The translations under genes and the position numbers were made by a program. 44,593 nt of DNA from Planctomycetota bacterium (lineage in GTDB: Bacteria > Planctomycetota > B15-G4 > SIAN01), in NCBI GenBank assembly GCA_031409275.1, contig JANNXA010000011.1, positions 1 to 44,593 of the forward strand, read 5' to 3'. Shown here piece by piece: positions 32,976 to 42,465 of the stretch. The notes beneath the pieces were generated by a model. The model searched no databases. It saw only the letters and a list, made by a program, of their open reading frames with translations, and was not told the origin of the DNA. Within the stretch, counting starts at the first letter, position 1. Each line of letters opens with the position of its first letter.

Positions 32976-33716
32976 CTACGCGGTGACCGGCGCGTAGGCG
33001 CGCCGCGCCGCGACCTGCACGATGCGCTTCTCCTCGGGGATCCACGCCGACAGCTGCTTGCCGTAGACGCAGCCCGAATCGAGCGCGCGCAACTTGTCGC
33101 CGACGACCAGGCCGCGGCGCGCCCAGTGGCCGCAGACGACGATGCGATCGCCGCGATACCAGTGGTCCCACGGCTGGAATGGCAGCGGCGGCGGCGGCCA
33201 ATCGTCTTCGGGCTCGCGACCGCGTTCGTCGCAGTAGCGCACCGACGTGACGAAGGCGACTTCGGCGAGCCCCCACGGCGAGTGGCCTTGCGCGAGCGCG
33301 CCGTCGAGCGCCGCTCGCAGCCGCGCGGCGGTCGCCGACAAGTCGACCCAACGCGGATCGAGCCCGGCGTGCACCAGCAAGACGTCGGGCTCGACGTGCA
33401 GCAGCGGCCGCGCGCGCGCCCACGCCAACAGCTCGTCGTGATCGGGCGCATGGAGCAGCGACGACAGCGTGTCGCGCTTGCCCGCCTTGCGCCATCCCGC
33501 CGCCACGTCGAACCAGTGCAGTTCGTGGTTGCCGAGCACCATCACCGCATCGAGCCGCTTGAGCAACCGCACGCAGCCGGCCGAGTCAGGCCCTCGATTG
33601 ACCGCATCCCCGACCGAGTGCAGGCGATCGCGCGCCGGATCGAAATTCACGCGTTCGAGCAGCAGCTCGAGCTCTTCCCGGCAACCTTGCAGATCCCCGA
33701 CGTAGATGCGGCGCAT
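32976..33716 (-). CDS. apaH: Symmetrical bis(5'-nucleosyl)-tetraphosphatase (ApaH-like metallophosphoesterase)
   Basis: YVGDLQGC, VGDAVNRGPDS, VLGNHE, LVHAG, GHWA..G, LDSGCVYGKQLSA; start moved to ATG 33716. Confidence 0.85.
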   Translation of the reverse strand: MRRIYVGDLQGCREELELLLERVNFDPARDRLHSVGDAVNRGPDSAGCVRLLKRLDAVMVLGNHELHWFDVAAGWRKAGKRDTLSSLLHAPDHDELLAWARARPLLHVEPDVLLVHAGLDPRWVDLSATAARLRAALDGALAQGHSPWGLAEVAFVTSVRYCDERGREPEDDWPPPPLPFQPWDHWYRGDRIVVCGHWARRGLVVGDKLRALDSGCVYGKQLSAWIPEEKRIVQVAARRAYAPVTA

Positions 33717-33801
33717 GGCGGAGTCATAGCGGCACAGGGCGCACGGGATACGCGGCAGTTGCGCGTCACCGACCGGCGCGACCGACGTCTTCGCGATCGC
33801 C

Positions 33802-34818
33802 ATGGTCGCGCACCCTCACGATCGCCTCGTCCGTGCCGTCTTTGGTCAACCCGCGCAGGCGGCGGCACTGCTGCAGAGCATGCTTCCGGAGCGGCTCCGC
33901 TCGCGGCTCGATCTCACGACGCTGCAGGCCGTGCCGGGCAGCTTCGTCGACGCGGATTTGCGCGGCCGCGCCGCCGACCTGCTCTTCACCGTGGAGTCGC
34001 GGAAAGCTGCGCGCGTGCGCGCCGAGCCACGCGACGCCGTGGCGCCCATGCACCACGCCGACGAGGCAACGCCACGGTTGATCCACCTGCTGATCGAGCA
34101 TCAGAGTTCGGTCGATCGCTGGCTGCCGCTGCGCCTCCTCGACTACCAACGCGCGATCTGGGAGCGCTGGCGCCGCGATCACCCCGACGCTCGCACGCTG
34201 CCGTTGATCGTGCCGGTCGTGCTCTACCACGGCGCCAGCGCTTGGCCTGCCCCATCGGACTTCGACCACCTCATCGCGGTGCAGATCGAGGAGAAGGTGG
34301 GGTCGCTCGACTTCTGCTTCCAACTGACCGATCTGACGCAGACCAGCGACTTCGAGCTGCGGGCCACAGTGCTCGATGCGGCAGCACTGCTGGCGTTGCT
34401 GGCGCTGAAGCACGCCCGCACCGCCCCCGACTTGCGCGAGCGGATGATCGACTGGGTCGAGCTGATGAACTCGGCGGCGCGTGCACCGGGCGGCCGGGAG
34501 GCGCTCATGCTGGTGCTGCGCTATCTTTCCATCACTGGCGAGCGGATCGGGCGCGACTTCCTGCGCCGTGAGATCGTGCCGCGGCTCGCCGATCCCGCCG
34601 CGAAGGAGACGACCATGACGATGGGCGAAGAGTTGATCGCCGAGGGGCGCGATCTCGGACAGCGCGAGCTGCTGATCAAGCAGTTGCGCCGCCGGTTCGG
34701 AGAGCTGCCAGCGGCCGTCATCGAGCAGGTGAAGGCGGCGCCGGCAGAGCGAATCGAGGCGTGGGCGCTGCAGTTCTTCGACGCGAGTTCGCTGACGGAG
34801 GCGCTCGCGGGGAGTTGA
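33802..34818 (+). CDS. Rpn/YhgA family PD-(D/E)xK nuclease (Transposase_31) with DUF4351-like C-terminus
   Basis: PHDRLVRAVF, GSFVDADLR...ADLLF, LLIEHQS, LPLIVPVVLYHG..W; C-terminal LLIKQLRRRFGELP...IEAW...ASSL. Confidence 0.9.
   Translation: MVAHPHDRLVRAVFGQPAQAAALLQSMLPERLRSRLDLTTLQAVPGSFVDADLRGRAADLLFTVESRKAARVRAEPRDAVAPMHHADEATPRLIHLLIEHQSSVDRWLPLRLLDYQRAIWERWRRDHPDARTLPLIVPVVLYHGASAWPAPSDFDHLIAVQIEEKVGSLDFCFQLTDLTQTSDFELRATVLDAAALLALLALKHARTAPDLRERMIDWVELMNSAARAPGGREALMLVLRYLSITGERIGRDFLRREIVPRLADPAAKETTMTMGEELIAEGRDLGQRELLIKQLRRRFGELPAAVIEQVKAAPAERIEAWALQFFDASSLTEALAGS
34615..34818 (+). CDS. Candidate intragenic small protein (RpnS-type antitoxin, 67 aa), in frame within the Rpn gene
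   Basis: Internal SD AAGGAG (34603-34608), 6 nt spacer, in-frame ATG at 34615 (MTMGEELIAEG...). Confidence 0.6.
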   Translation: MTMGEELIAEGRDLGQRELLIKQLRRRFGELPAAVIEQVKAAPAERIEAWALQFFDASSLTEALAGS

Positions 34819-34839
34819 GCGGGAAGCCGACCGCGCGCT

Positions 34840-35685
34840 TCACTTGTCGCGCTTCGCTCCCGCCCGGTGCTCCTCCATCCAGGCGATGCCCTTCTTCAGC
34901 CGCGCCATCGGCTCGTCGCTCCAGCCGTGGCCGCCCTTGTAGGTGACCAGCTCGACGGTCGCCCCCTCCTTCGTGAGCTTCTCCTTGGCGCGTTCCGCCT
35001 CGGAGAACTTGCAGGTGGTGTCCTCGGGCGAGTGGTCGAGGAAGAAGGCGCGCCCCTTCGCGCGCGAGAGCTGGAGCCCCCCCTCCTTGAAGACCGACAT
35101 CGCGATGTAGCTCGCCGCGAACGGCGTCTTCTCGTCGAGCGCCATCCGGTAGGCGTTCGGTCCGCTCGACGACCAGACGAGCTGGTAGGTGCGCTTGCGA
35201 TCGAGCTTCACCTTCTGCACCTTCTCGACGTCAGCGAGCGTCGCGTCGAGCTGCTCGCGCGTGGTGAACTTCATGCCGGGCTGGTCGCCCGGATCCATCG
35301 GCCAGATCACGCCCGGCTGTTCGACCCACTTCGGCGCAACGAGCTGCACCACCACGAAGTCGTCGGGACAGCAAGTGTCCCAGATGTTCTTCACGAAGCC
35401 GTGGAACTCGGGACCACCCGGCCCGCCCGGCATCACGACCAAGCACGCCCACCCCTCCTTCGGCGCCTTCTTCTTCTCGCGCGGCCCGATCAGGAAGTAG
35501 CGCTTCATCGCATCGCCGCCGGCGAGCAGGTCGCGCGCGGGGATGCCGTCGTCGTCGGCGGCTTGAACTGCCGACGCGCCAACCGCGACGCCCCTTCCAA
35601 CGAGCGACACGGCGAGCGACACAGCGAGCAGGACGCCGCTGATTGCTCTCGAAACGCGGCCACGACGGCTCGGCTCTTGGCTCAT
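34840..35685 (-). CDS. Exported alpha/beta hydrolase-fold protein
   Basis: Signal/TM segment, LVVMPGGPG, variant nucleophile elbow VWSSSGP, HSPEDTTC (Asp), YKGGHGW (His). Confidence 0.75.
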   Translation of the reverse strand: MSQEPSRRGRVSRAISGVLLAVSLAVSLVGRGVAVGASAVQAADDDGIPARDLLAGGDAMKRYFLIGPREKKKAPKEGWACLVVMPGGPGGPEFHGFVKNIWDTCCPDDFVVVQLVAPKWVEQPGVIWPMDPGDQPGMKFTTREQLDATLADVEKVQKVKLDRKRTYQLVWSSSGPNAYRMALDEKTPFAASYIAMSVFKEGGLQLSRAKGRAFFLDHSPEDTTCKFSEAERAKEKLTKEGATVELVTYKGGHGWSDEPMARLKKGIAWMEEHRAGAKRDK

Positions 35686-35772
35686 GCGACGACTCCCAAC
35701 GAGACGACCCCAGCGTACGCGCAGCGGCCTTCGGTTGTTCAACGCCCGGCCGGCGCGGACAGAGCGGCGGCG

Positions 35773-38700
35773 TCACCGCAACGAGGCCAGAGCCTCCTCC
35801 GCCGCTGCGCGCACGGACGGGTCGGAGTGGCGAGCGAGACGTTCAAGCAGCTCGAACGCCGTATCACTCCGCTCGCCGAGCAGGAAGAGCGCTCGCGCGC
35901 CCCACTCGAGCAGCGCCAAATCGCTGCATTCGACGAGCTTCGCGACCAGGGGCGCAGTGACGCTCGGCAACGACACCTCCGGCGGCTGAGCCAGCAACCC
36001 GCGCAGCGCGGCGTCGCGCACGTCGGGCACGTCATCCGTCAGCAGCGTGCGCACCGCATCGAGCGTCCGCTCGCTATGGCGCTCGACCGCCAGTCCCGCG
36101 AGCAGCGCGGCGACGACGCGGCGCACTGGCGGCGATGGATCGGCGACCGCAGCCGTGAGCGCCGGAAACAGCGAGGGTGCAGCGAAGCCGAACAGCGCTT
36201 CGCGCGACCAGAGCGCCGCCGCACGCACCTCGGGCCGCTCGTCGCTACTCGCCGCTTCAAGCGCCATCGCGAGCCGCGCGACGACTTCGCGCGACGGGCA
36301 CTTCTCCAAGCAGCCGTTCCAACCCTGCCCGCGTGCTGAGCCGAATGGCGCGCCTGCCGCGGGGTCGAAGTCGAGGTCGGCCAGCGCGGCTCGCAGCCGA
36401 GAGCCGTTCGGTCGCTGCGCGCCGTGGGCCACGCCACCCCGGTTCGACTCATCGACGGCGGCGCTTCCCTCCTCGATGGCGTCGAGCGCGAACGCCGAAG
36501 TGACCGCCACCAGTCCCTGCCCCTCCGCCGCCATCCGCGCCAGCGCCGCTTGTTGCGGCTGCGCCTTCTCGCCGAACTCCGCCAACACCAATGGCAGCTG
36601 CAACGCGACGTCACCGCTCTTCGCTTCGAGCAGCGGGCCGAGCTCTTCGATCCACGGCTCGAGCGCGCCGCCCCACGTGACCAGCGTCGCCGCCGCAATC
36701 GGTCGCACCCACTCCGCATCGGCGTCCTCGCGCGCGGCGCGCAGCAGCAGCGGAACGATCAGCTCCGCCGGCCCACCGCACCGCTCCCGCTGCAGCGCCG
36801 ACAACGCGAGCAGACGCACCTTCTGGTCACGATCGCCGAACGCGAAGACGGCCGCCGGCCACGCGGAGCGATCGGGCGTCGAGACCGCAGGGAAGGCGAC
36901 GGGAACAGCACGAAACGTTGCGATCTGGCGCACGCGGTCGTCGCCATCGAACAGCGCATGCTGCAGCGCCGTGATCACCGCCGGCGGCAGCTCGCCGGTG
37001 GCGCCCGACAGCGCTGATGCGGTCACCCGGCGCGCCATCACGTCGTCCTCCCGCAGCAGCGCGACCGCCCGCGACACAAGCTCCGGAGTCATCGCCTCTT
37101 GGCGCGTGGCGGCAAGCAGCGCCCATGCGGCGACGACGCCATCGCCATCACTGAGACGGTCACGCAGGGCCTCCGCGGCCGGACGGTATTGCCGCAGCTT
37201 GCCAAGCGCTTCCGCGGTGGCACGGCGCACCGTGCGATCGGCTGCGCCGTCCGCTGGACGAGCGAGCAGCACGATCAGCGCCGGCACGCTCTGCTCGACC
37301 TCGTCGTCGAGTTCACCGAGCAGCGTCGCCGACTGGAGGCGCACCCACGGATCGTCGGCTTGCAGCAATGCGATGGCGCTCGCCGCGACCGGCGCCGGTG
37401 CCTGCGTCACGCAGAGCTGCGCGAAGGCGGCGGCGTAGCGGACGAGGCTCACCTCGTCGTTGGCTGCGCACGCGCGCAGGAGCTCGGTGTACTCGCTCGC
37501 TTCGGTGAATCGCGCCCCGATCGCGAAACAGGCGAGCGCCCGCAGCTCCGGCGAGGGATCGTGAAGCGCGAGAGCGACCTCGGCGAGCCAGTCGCGCGGC
37601 AGTTGCGGCGGCGCCGTCGCGCACGCCTCGACGCGGCGGCGCAACTCCACAAGATCCAGCGCGCGATGCCAGTCGAGCCACGCCTGCGCCGAGTCGGTGG
37701 GTGGCGCGCCGTCTTCCGACGTGCCCTGCGCTGGTGGCTCCGCGCCGCCGAGGAAGCGCGCGAGATCGAGCGTCTCGAAGTCGCCTTCGTTGGCGAGCTC
37801 GACGCGCAGCTCTTCGGGACGCCAGTAGATCCAGCCGCTGCCGTTGCCGCGGTTCGACCACTGGAGTCGCAAAGGTCCCGCGTCGAGCCACGCCGCACTG
37901 CTGTCGACTTGCCCCGGCGCGAGGTCGCTCTTCGTGTTAATGCTGTTGCCACTGACCCAGCGGCGCTCGAAGGCGTCGTCGCTCCCTTCGGTGGCCTTGG
38001 ATTGGCCGCGCGCGAGGTAGCGCCAGCGAACGCGGACACCGCAGCGCTCCATGCCGTCGTCGACGGTGGTGTAGGGCGCGTCGAAGTCGACGATGGCCGC
38101 GCCGCGCGCATCGACCAATACGAGCGCGAGTTCGTCGTAGACGACCGGAGCGGAGAGCGGCGCGCTGCGCGTCTGCGGCGTGCCAGCGGCGCGGGCCGCC
38201 GCCGCAGTCTCCGCAGCGTCCTCCGCCGCGCCGCCCGCCTCTTCACCGAGCCCGAGCTTCGCCGCCGCCTTCGCCGCTTCCTCGGCAAGCGCGTCGTCCC
38301 CACTCGCGAGCGCCGCCTGCAGCGCCGCGCGCGTCGCCTCGCTCACCACGCCGAGTTCGCCGAGCGCGAAGAGCGACCAGAGTTGCACGTCGCGGTCGGG
38401 ATCGCGGCACGCCGCCGCGACCGGCTCCGCGACGCCGCCGGCGAGGGAGCCGAGCGCTGCGATCGCGCGCACCGCCTCGAGGCGCGCCTTCGCATCGGGC
38501 TCTTCGCGGACCATCCGCTCGAACGCGGACAGCGCCGGCAACGAGGGCGCGCCGATCGAGCGGAGCGCGAAGGCGCTCCAGGTGCGGACGTTTGCGACCG
38601 GATCGGCGAGCCGCCGCTGCAACGCCTCGACCGCCGTGGCCGACCGGGCGCCACCGAGCGCGATCAGGTTCGCCACCGCCGCGCGCTGCTGCGCATCGAC

Positions 38701-39729
38701 GTGGTCGAGCGCCGCGATCAGCTCCGGCAGCGCGAGGACGACCTCCTCGCCCGCCTGCGCCAGCGAGGCGAGCGCCGAGTAGCGCACGCTCGACGAAGGA
38801 TCGACCAGCAGCGCCGCGAGCGCCGGCACTGCCTGCTCGGTCGTAGCACCGATGACGCCGAGCGCGCGTGCCGCCGCCTCGCGCGCCCACCCATTCGAAT
38901 CGCGCGCCAGCTCGAGCAGCGCCGGGACGGCGTCGAGCACCTCATAGCCCGCCTCGCCGAGTGTGCTGATCCAGAGGGCCGCATTGCCGCAATCGGTCGA
39001 GGAGTCGCTGCGCAGCTTCTCCAGCAGCAGCGGCAGCTGCGCATTCAGAAAGTCGTTGCCGAGCATCCCGAAGTTCGCCAGCACGCTCGATCGCGCGTAG
39101 GCGTCGTCGCAGCGCGCGAGCTCGACGAAGACGCCAACGACGACGTCATCCTTCGCGCCTTCGGCGATCAGCGCGGTCGCAGCGGCGCAGCGAACCTGGG
39201 CGTCGGCATCGACCAGACGTTCGCGCAACTTCGACTCGCAGCGCGAATCGCTCGGCAGCGCACTGGCGAGCGCCCACGTCGCGGCCCGACGCAGCTCGAC
39301 GTCGCTGCTGGTGAGCCGCGCGACCGCCGCATCGACCACGCGCGGCTCGACGCGAGCGGAAGACGAGAGCGCTTGCATCGCTGTGCGTGCCGCGGGCAGG
39401 TCGTCGCCGCCAGCGAGTTCGAGGAGCGTCACGATGGCGAGTTCGAAGCGCGGACCATGCCGCTCGAGCATCCGCGCGTGGCTCGCGAGCTGCGACGCCG
39501 CCAGCGCCCGCGCGAGCGACGGCCCGCTCTTCACCAGCGGCAGGAGGCGATCGAGCAGCGCCGATTGCTCCTCGGGCTTCGCCTCGAAGATCCGTTGCCC
39601 CCAGTCGTCGAGCGAGACGCCGTCGATCGTCGACGGTTCGTCGGGTCGCTCCTGCCATGCGCCGGCGCCCGTCGCCACGAACGCGCACGCGATCCACGCC
39701 GCGAATCGCAACTGCTTGGCGCCAATCAT
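35773..39729 (-). CDS. Large exported HEAT/PBS-lyase repeat protein (1318 aa)
   Basis: Signal peptide, then many D....VR..AA.AL repeats (AVPALAALLVDPSSSVRYSALASL), with a central non-repeat insert. SD GGAG. Confidence 0.85.
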   Translation of the reverse strand: MIGAKQLRFAAWIACAFVATGAGAWQERPDEPSTIDGVSLDDWGQRIFEAKPEEQSALLDRLLPLVKSGPSLARALAASQLASHARMLERHGPRFELAIVTLLELAGGDDLPAARTAMQALSSSARVEPRVVDAAVARLTSSDVELRRAATWALASALPSDSRCESKLRERLVDADAQVRCAAATALIAEGAKDDVVVGVFVELARCDDAYARSSVLANFGMLGNDFLNAQLPLLLEKLRSDSSTDCGNAALWISTLGEAGYEVLDAVPALLELARDSNGWAREAAARALGVIGATTEQAVPALAALLVDPSSSVRYSALASLAQAGEEVVLALPELIAALDHVDAQQRAAVANLIALGGARSATAVEALQRRLADPVANVRTWSAFALRSIGAPSLPALSAFERMVREEPDAKARLEAVRAIAALGSLAGGVAEPVAAACRDPDRDVQLWSLFALGELGVVSEATRAALQAALASGDDALAEEAAKAAAKLGLGEEAGGAAEDAAETAAAARAAGTPQTRSAPLSAPVVYDELALVLVDARGAAIVDFDAPYTTVDDGMERCGVRVRWRYLARGQSKATEGSDDAFERRWVSGNSINTKSDLAPGQVDSSAAWLDAGPLRLQWSNRGNGSGWIYWRPEELRVELANEGDFETLDLARFLGGAEPPAQGTSEDGAPPTDSAQAWLDWHRALDLVELRRRVEACATAPPQLPRDWLAEVALALHDPSPELRALACFAIGARFTEASEYTELLRACAANDEVSLVRYAAAFAQLCVTQAPAPVAASAIALLQADDPWVRLQSATLLGELDDEVEQSVPALIVLLARPADGAADRTVRRATAEALGKLRQYRPAAEALRDRLSDGDGVVAAWALLAATRQEAMTPELVSRAVALLREDDVMARRVTASALSGATGELPPAVITALQHALFDGDDRVRQIATFRAVPVAFPAVSTPDRSAWPAAVFAFGDRDQKVRLLALSALQRERCGGPAELIVPLLLRAAREDADAEWVRPIAAATLVTWGGALEPWIEELGPLLEAKSGDVALQLPLVLAEFGEKAQPQQAALARMAAEGQGLVAVTSAFALDAIEEGSAAVDESNRGGVAHGAQRPNGSRLRAALADLDFDPAAGAPFGSARGQGWNGCLEKCPSREVVARLAMALEAASSDERPEVRAAALWSREALFGFAAPSLFPALTAAVADPSPPVRRVVAALLAGLAVERHSERTLDAVRTLLTDDVPDVRDAALRGLLAQPPEVSLPSVTAPLVAKLVECSDLALLEWGARALFLLGERSDTAFELLERLARHSDPSVRAAAEEALASLR

Positions 39730-39901
39730 CGTCCCGCTCCTCGTGTTCCCCCGAACGCGCGCATCGTCTGACTACGCCTTGCCGTCCGCCGGGTCACGGC
39801 GCCGCTACACTCGCCGCCTCGCCTACGGCGCCGCCCCGCGCCACCGCTGCCCCCATTCGCCGGCACCACCCGTACGCGGTGCGACGGCAAAGGAACGCTG
39901 C

Positions 39902-41410
39902 ATGGTCCTCTCGCCGCTCGTCTCCTGCTTGCCCTTCTTCGCGCTGCCCGCGCTCGGCTCGGCCACCGCCAGCGAGCTCCCGCCCGCCAAGCGCACCGCG
40001 GTGGCGGCGATCGATCGCGACGCCGCGGTGCTCACCGCGATGAGCCAGCAGATCTTCGAGCTCGCCGAGCTCGCCCTCTTCGAATCGCGCTCGTCCGCGC
40101 TGTTGGCGGGATTCGCCGAGCAGCACGGCTTCAAGCTGCAGCGCGGCGTCGCGCAGATGGAGACGGCGTGGGTGGCCACCTGGTCGAGCGGAACCGGGCC
40201 GACGATCGGCGTGCTGGCCGAGTTCGACGCACTGCCGACGCTCTCCCAGGTCGGCGGCTCGCCCACGCAGGCGGTTCGCGCGGGCGCGACCTCGGGCCAC
40301 GGTTGCGGCCACAACCTCTTCGGCGTCGCGGCGACGGCGGCCGCCGTCGCGCTGAAGGAGGCGATGGTGGCGCACGGCGTCGGCGGCACGATCAAGCTGT
40401 ACGGGACGCCGGCCGAGGAGCAGGGGCTCGGGAAGATCTACATGGTGCGTGACGGCCTCTTCGATGGCGTCGACGCCTGTCTGTCGTGGCATCCAGCCGA
40501 CAAGAACGAGGTCGACCTCCAGCCGAGCAAGGCGTGCATCAGCTTCGAAACGACCTTCCACGGCCGCAGCGCGCACGCGTCGGCGGCGCCGTGGGATGGC
40601 GTCTCCGCGCTCGATGCGCTCGAAGCGTTCGAGCACGGCGTGAACCTCCTGCGCGAGCACATGCCGGAGACCGCGCGCATCCACTACGTCGTGACCGAGG
40701 GCGGCAAGGCGCCGAACGTCATCCCCAACCGCGCGCGGATCTGGATGTACGTGCGCGGCAAGGACTGGCGCGAGGCGGAGAAGGTCTACTCCCACGTGGA
40801 GCGCTGCATCGACGGCGCCGACTTGATGGCGTGGGGCGAGGAGCATGGCCGCTCGTCGGCCGGCTATCGCGCACCCGAAGTCGTCCGCCTCTCCGGCCTC
40901 TACGAGTACAACATCAACTTCGCCGGCAGCGAGCTGCTGCAGAAGAACCTCGAGCGGATCGGCGTGCCCGCCTTCAGCGAAGCCGAGCAGCAGTTCGCGC
41001 GCGCGTTGCAGCAGTCGTTCGGCGAGCCGCCCGACGGCTACTCCACGACGATCACGCCCTTCTCGCGCGACCGCGCCCCTGAACCGGGCGGCTCGACCGA
41101 TGTCGCCAACGTGAGCTGGACCACTCCAACCGTCGAACTGCGCGTCGCCACGTGGCCCACGGAGATCCCGGCCCACAGCTGGGCTTCGACCGCTGCGTCC
41201 GGCGCGAGCGGCGGCTATCGCGCGATGCTGGTCGCGGCGAAGACTCTGGCCGCGACCGGGCTCGACTGCCTCACCGATGCCGCAGCGCTCGCGGCGATGC
41301 GCGCCGAGTTCGCCAGGAGCCGCGAAGGTTTCGACTACTCGCCCGCGGTGCGCCCGGGCGATGTGCCGAGCGTCCCTTCGCACCAGCGCGTGACGCAGAA
41401 GCAGGAGTAG
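39902..41410 (+). CDS. M20 amidohydrolase (AbgB/p-aminobenzoyl-glutamate hydrolase subunit B-like), probably exported
   Basis: ELALFE..S, AEFDALP, GHGCGHNLFG, GTPAEE, WHP, GSTDVANVSW..P, PAHSW. Start moved to ATG 39902 after SD AAGGA. Confidence 0.9.
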   Translation: MVLSPLVSCLPFFALPALGSATASELPPAKRTAVAAIDRDAAVLTAMSQQIFELAELALFESRSSALLAGFAEQHGFKLQRGVAQMETAWVATWSSGTGPTIGVLAEFDALPTLSQVGGSPTQAVRAGATSGHGCGHNLFGVAATAAAVALKEAMVAHGVGGTIKLYGTPAEEQGLGKIYMVRDGLFDGVDACLSWHPADKNEVDLQPSKACISFETTFHGRSAHASAAPWDGVSALDALEAFEHGVNLLREHMPETARIHYVVTEGGKAPNVIPNRARIWMYVRGKDWREAEKVYSHVERCIDGADLMAWGEEHGRSSAGYRAPEVVRLSGLYEYNINFAGSELLQKNLERIGVPAFSEAEQQFARALQQSFGEPPDGYSTTITPFSRDRAPEPGGSTDVANVSWTTPTVELRVATWPTEIPAHSWASTAASGASGGYRAMLVAAKTLAATGLDCLTDAAALAAMRAEFARSREGFDYSPAVRPGDVPSVPSHQRVTQKQE

Positions 41411-41418
41411 CTCCGACG

Positions 41419-41625
41419 ATGATCCAGAAACTTCGATCCGCGCTCTTCATCCTCGCGCTGGTGTTGCTTGGACTCGGCCTGCTGCATGTGTGGGGCCGGA
41501 TCCAACTCGTCGACGTCATCCTCCTCGTTGGCGGTGGCGTCCTGCTCGGCATCGCGCTGCGAACCGGTGGCGGAGCGAAGCGGCCGCTGCCGCCGTCGCA
41601 ACCGGTCTCGAAGTCAGGCGGCTGA
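41419..41625 (+). CDS. Small two-TM membrane protein (68 aa)
   Basis: SD AGGAG at the end of the upstream gene. MIQKLRSALFILALVLLGLGLLHVWGRIQLVDVILLVGGGVLLGIALR fills the operon gap. Confidence 0.7.
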   Translation: MIQKLRSALFILALVLLGLGLLHVWGRIQLVDVILLVGGGVLLGIALRTGGGAKRPLPPSQPVSKSGG

Positions 41626-41626
41626 G

Positions 41627-42361
41627 GTGACCGCCGCCGTGCGACGCAGGGTGTGGGTCGTCGCGCTCTGCAGCCTCGCCGCCTGCCGCTCCGGGCCACC
41701 GGCGCGCGACCGTCGCCCCCCTCCCGTGGAGTCGTTCGGCTCGATGCCGGAGCAGATGGCCGCCGGCACGCCGTCGGCGGGTGTCGCTCTCTCGAGCGTC
41801 TTGTCGAAACCCCACACCTTCGCGATCGGACCGCTCGCAGGATTCCAAGGCGAGCTGCTCGTGTGGGATGGCACCGCGTTCGCCAGCCGATTCGTCGGCG
41901 AGACGCTGCACGTCTCGATCGACGGGGCGGCGAGCGCGGCATTCCTGATCGCGACCCATGCGAAGGCGTGGCGCGATTTCGTCGTGCCGAACGACGTCCA
42001 GACGTTCGCCGAACTCAGCGCCTGGCTGCCCCGGCTGCTCGAACGCGCGAAGCTCGCTCCAGATCGCCTCTACGCGCTGCGACTCTTCGGAGCGGTGACG
42101 CGAGCGACGCTCCACGTCGTCGACTTCAAGGCAGGGACGCCGCTCGATCTCGACACTCTCGCGGCCGCTCGCCGCGTGGTCGAGCTGCATGACGTGCCGG
42201 CGCAGTTGCTCGGCTTCATGGCGCCGCCCGGCCAAAGCACCTGCCCGCTCGCCTCGCCACCGCTCCATCTCCATCTGCGCACGCTGCTCGGCGACGTCGT
42301 CGGCCACGTCGATGACCTGACGCTTGCGCCCGGCGCGAAGATCGAACTCGCCTGGGAGTGA
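41627..42361 (+). CDS. Alpha-acetolactate decarboxylase-like lipoprotein
   Basis: Lipobox LAAC; GPLAGFQGELLVWDG and HLH-x10-H (HLHLRTLLGDVVGHVDD) match the ALDC zinc-site pattern. Confidence 0.7.
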   Translation: MTAAVRRRVWVVALCSLAACRSGPPARDRRPPPVESFGSMPEQMAAGTPSAGVALSSVLSKPHTFAIGPLAGFQGELLVWDGTAFASRFVGETLHVSIDGAASAAFLIATHAKAWRDFVVPNDVQTFAELSAWLPRLLERAKLAPDRLYALRLFGAVTRATLHVVDFKAGTPLDLDTLAAARRVVELHDVPAQLLGFMAPPGQSTCPLASPPLHLHLRTLLGDVVGHVDDLTLAPGAKIELAWE

Positions 42362-42465
42362 GGTCCGACGCGACGAACGAGAGCTTGCGCCGTCCGCCGA
42401 ACGCACCTATCTCAGGAGCCCCGCCGCGCCGCTCGAGCGCGACCTCGACCGTCCTGGAGCCTGCA

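Noticed and set aside
33802..34818. Rpn gene as an insertion sequence
   Set aside because: No terminal inverted repeats or target duplication are seen, and the family is a PD-(D/E)xK nuclease rather than a demonstrated transposase.
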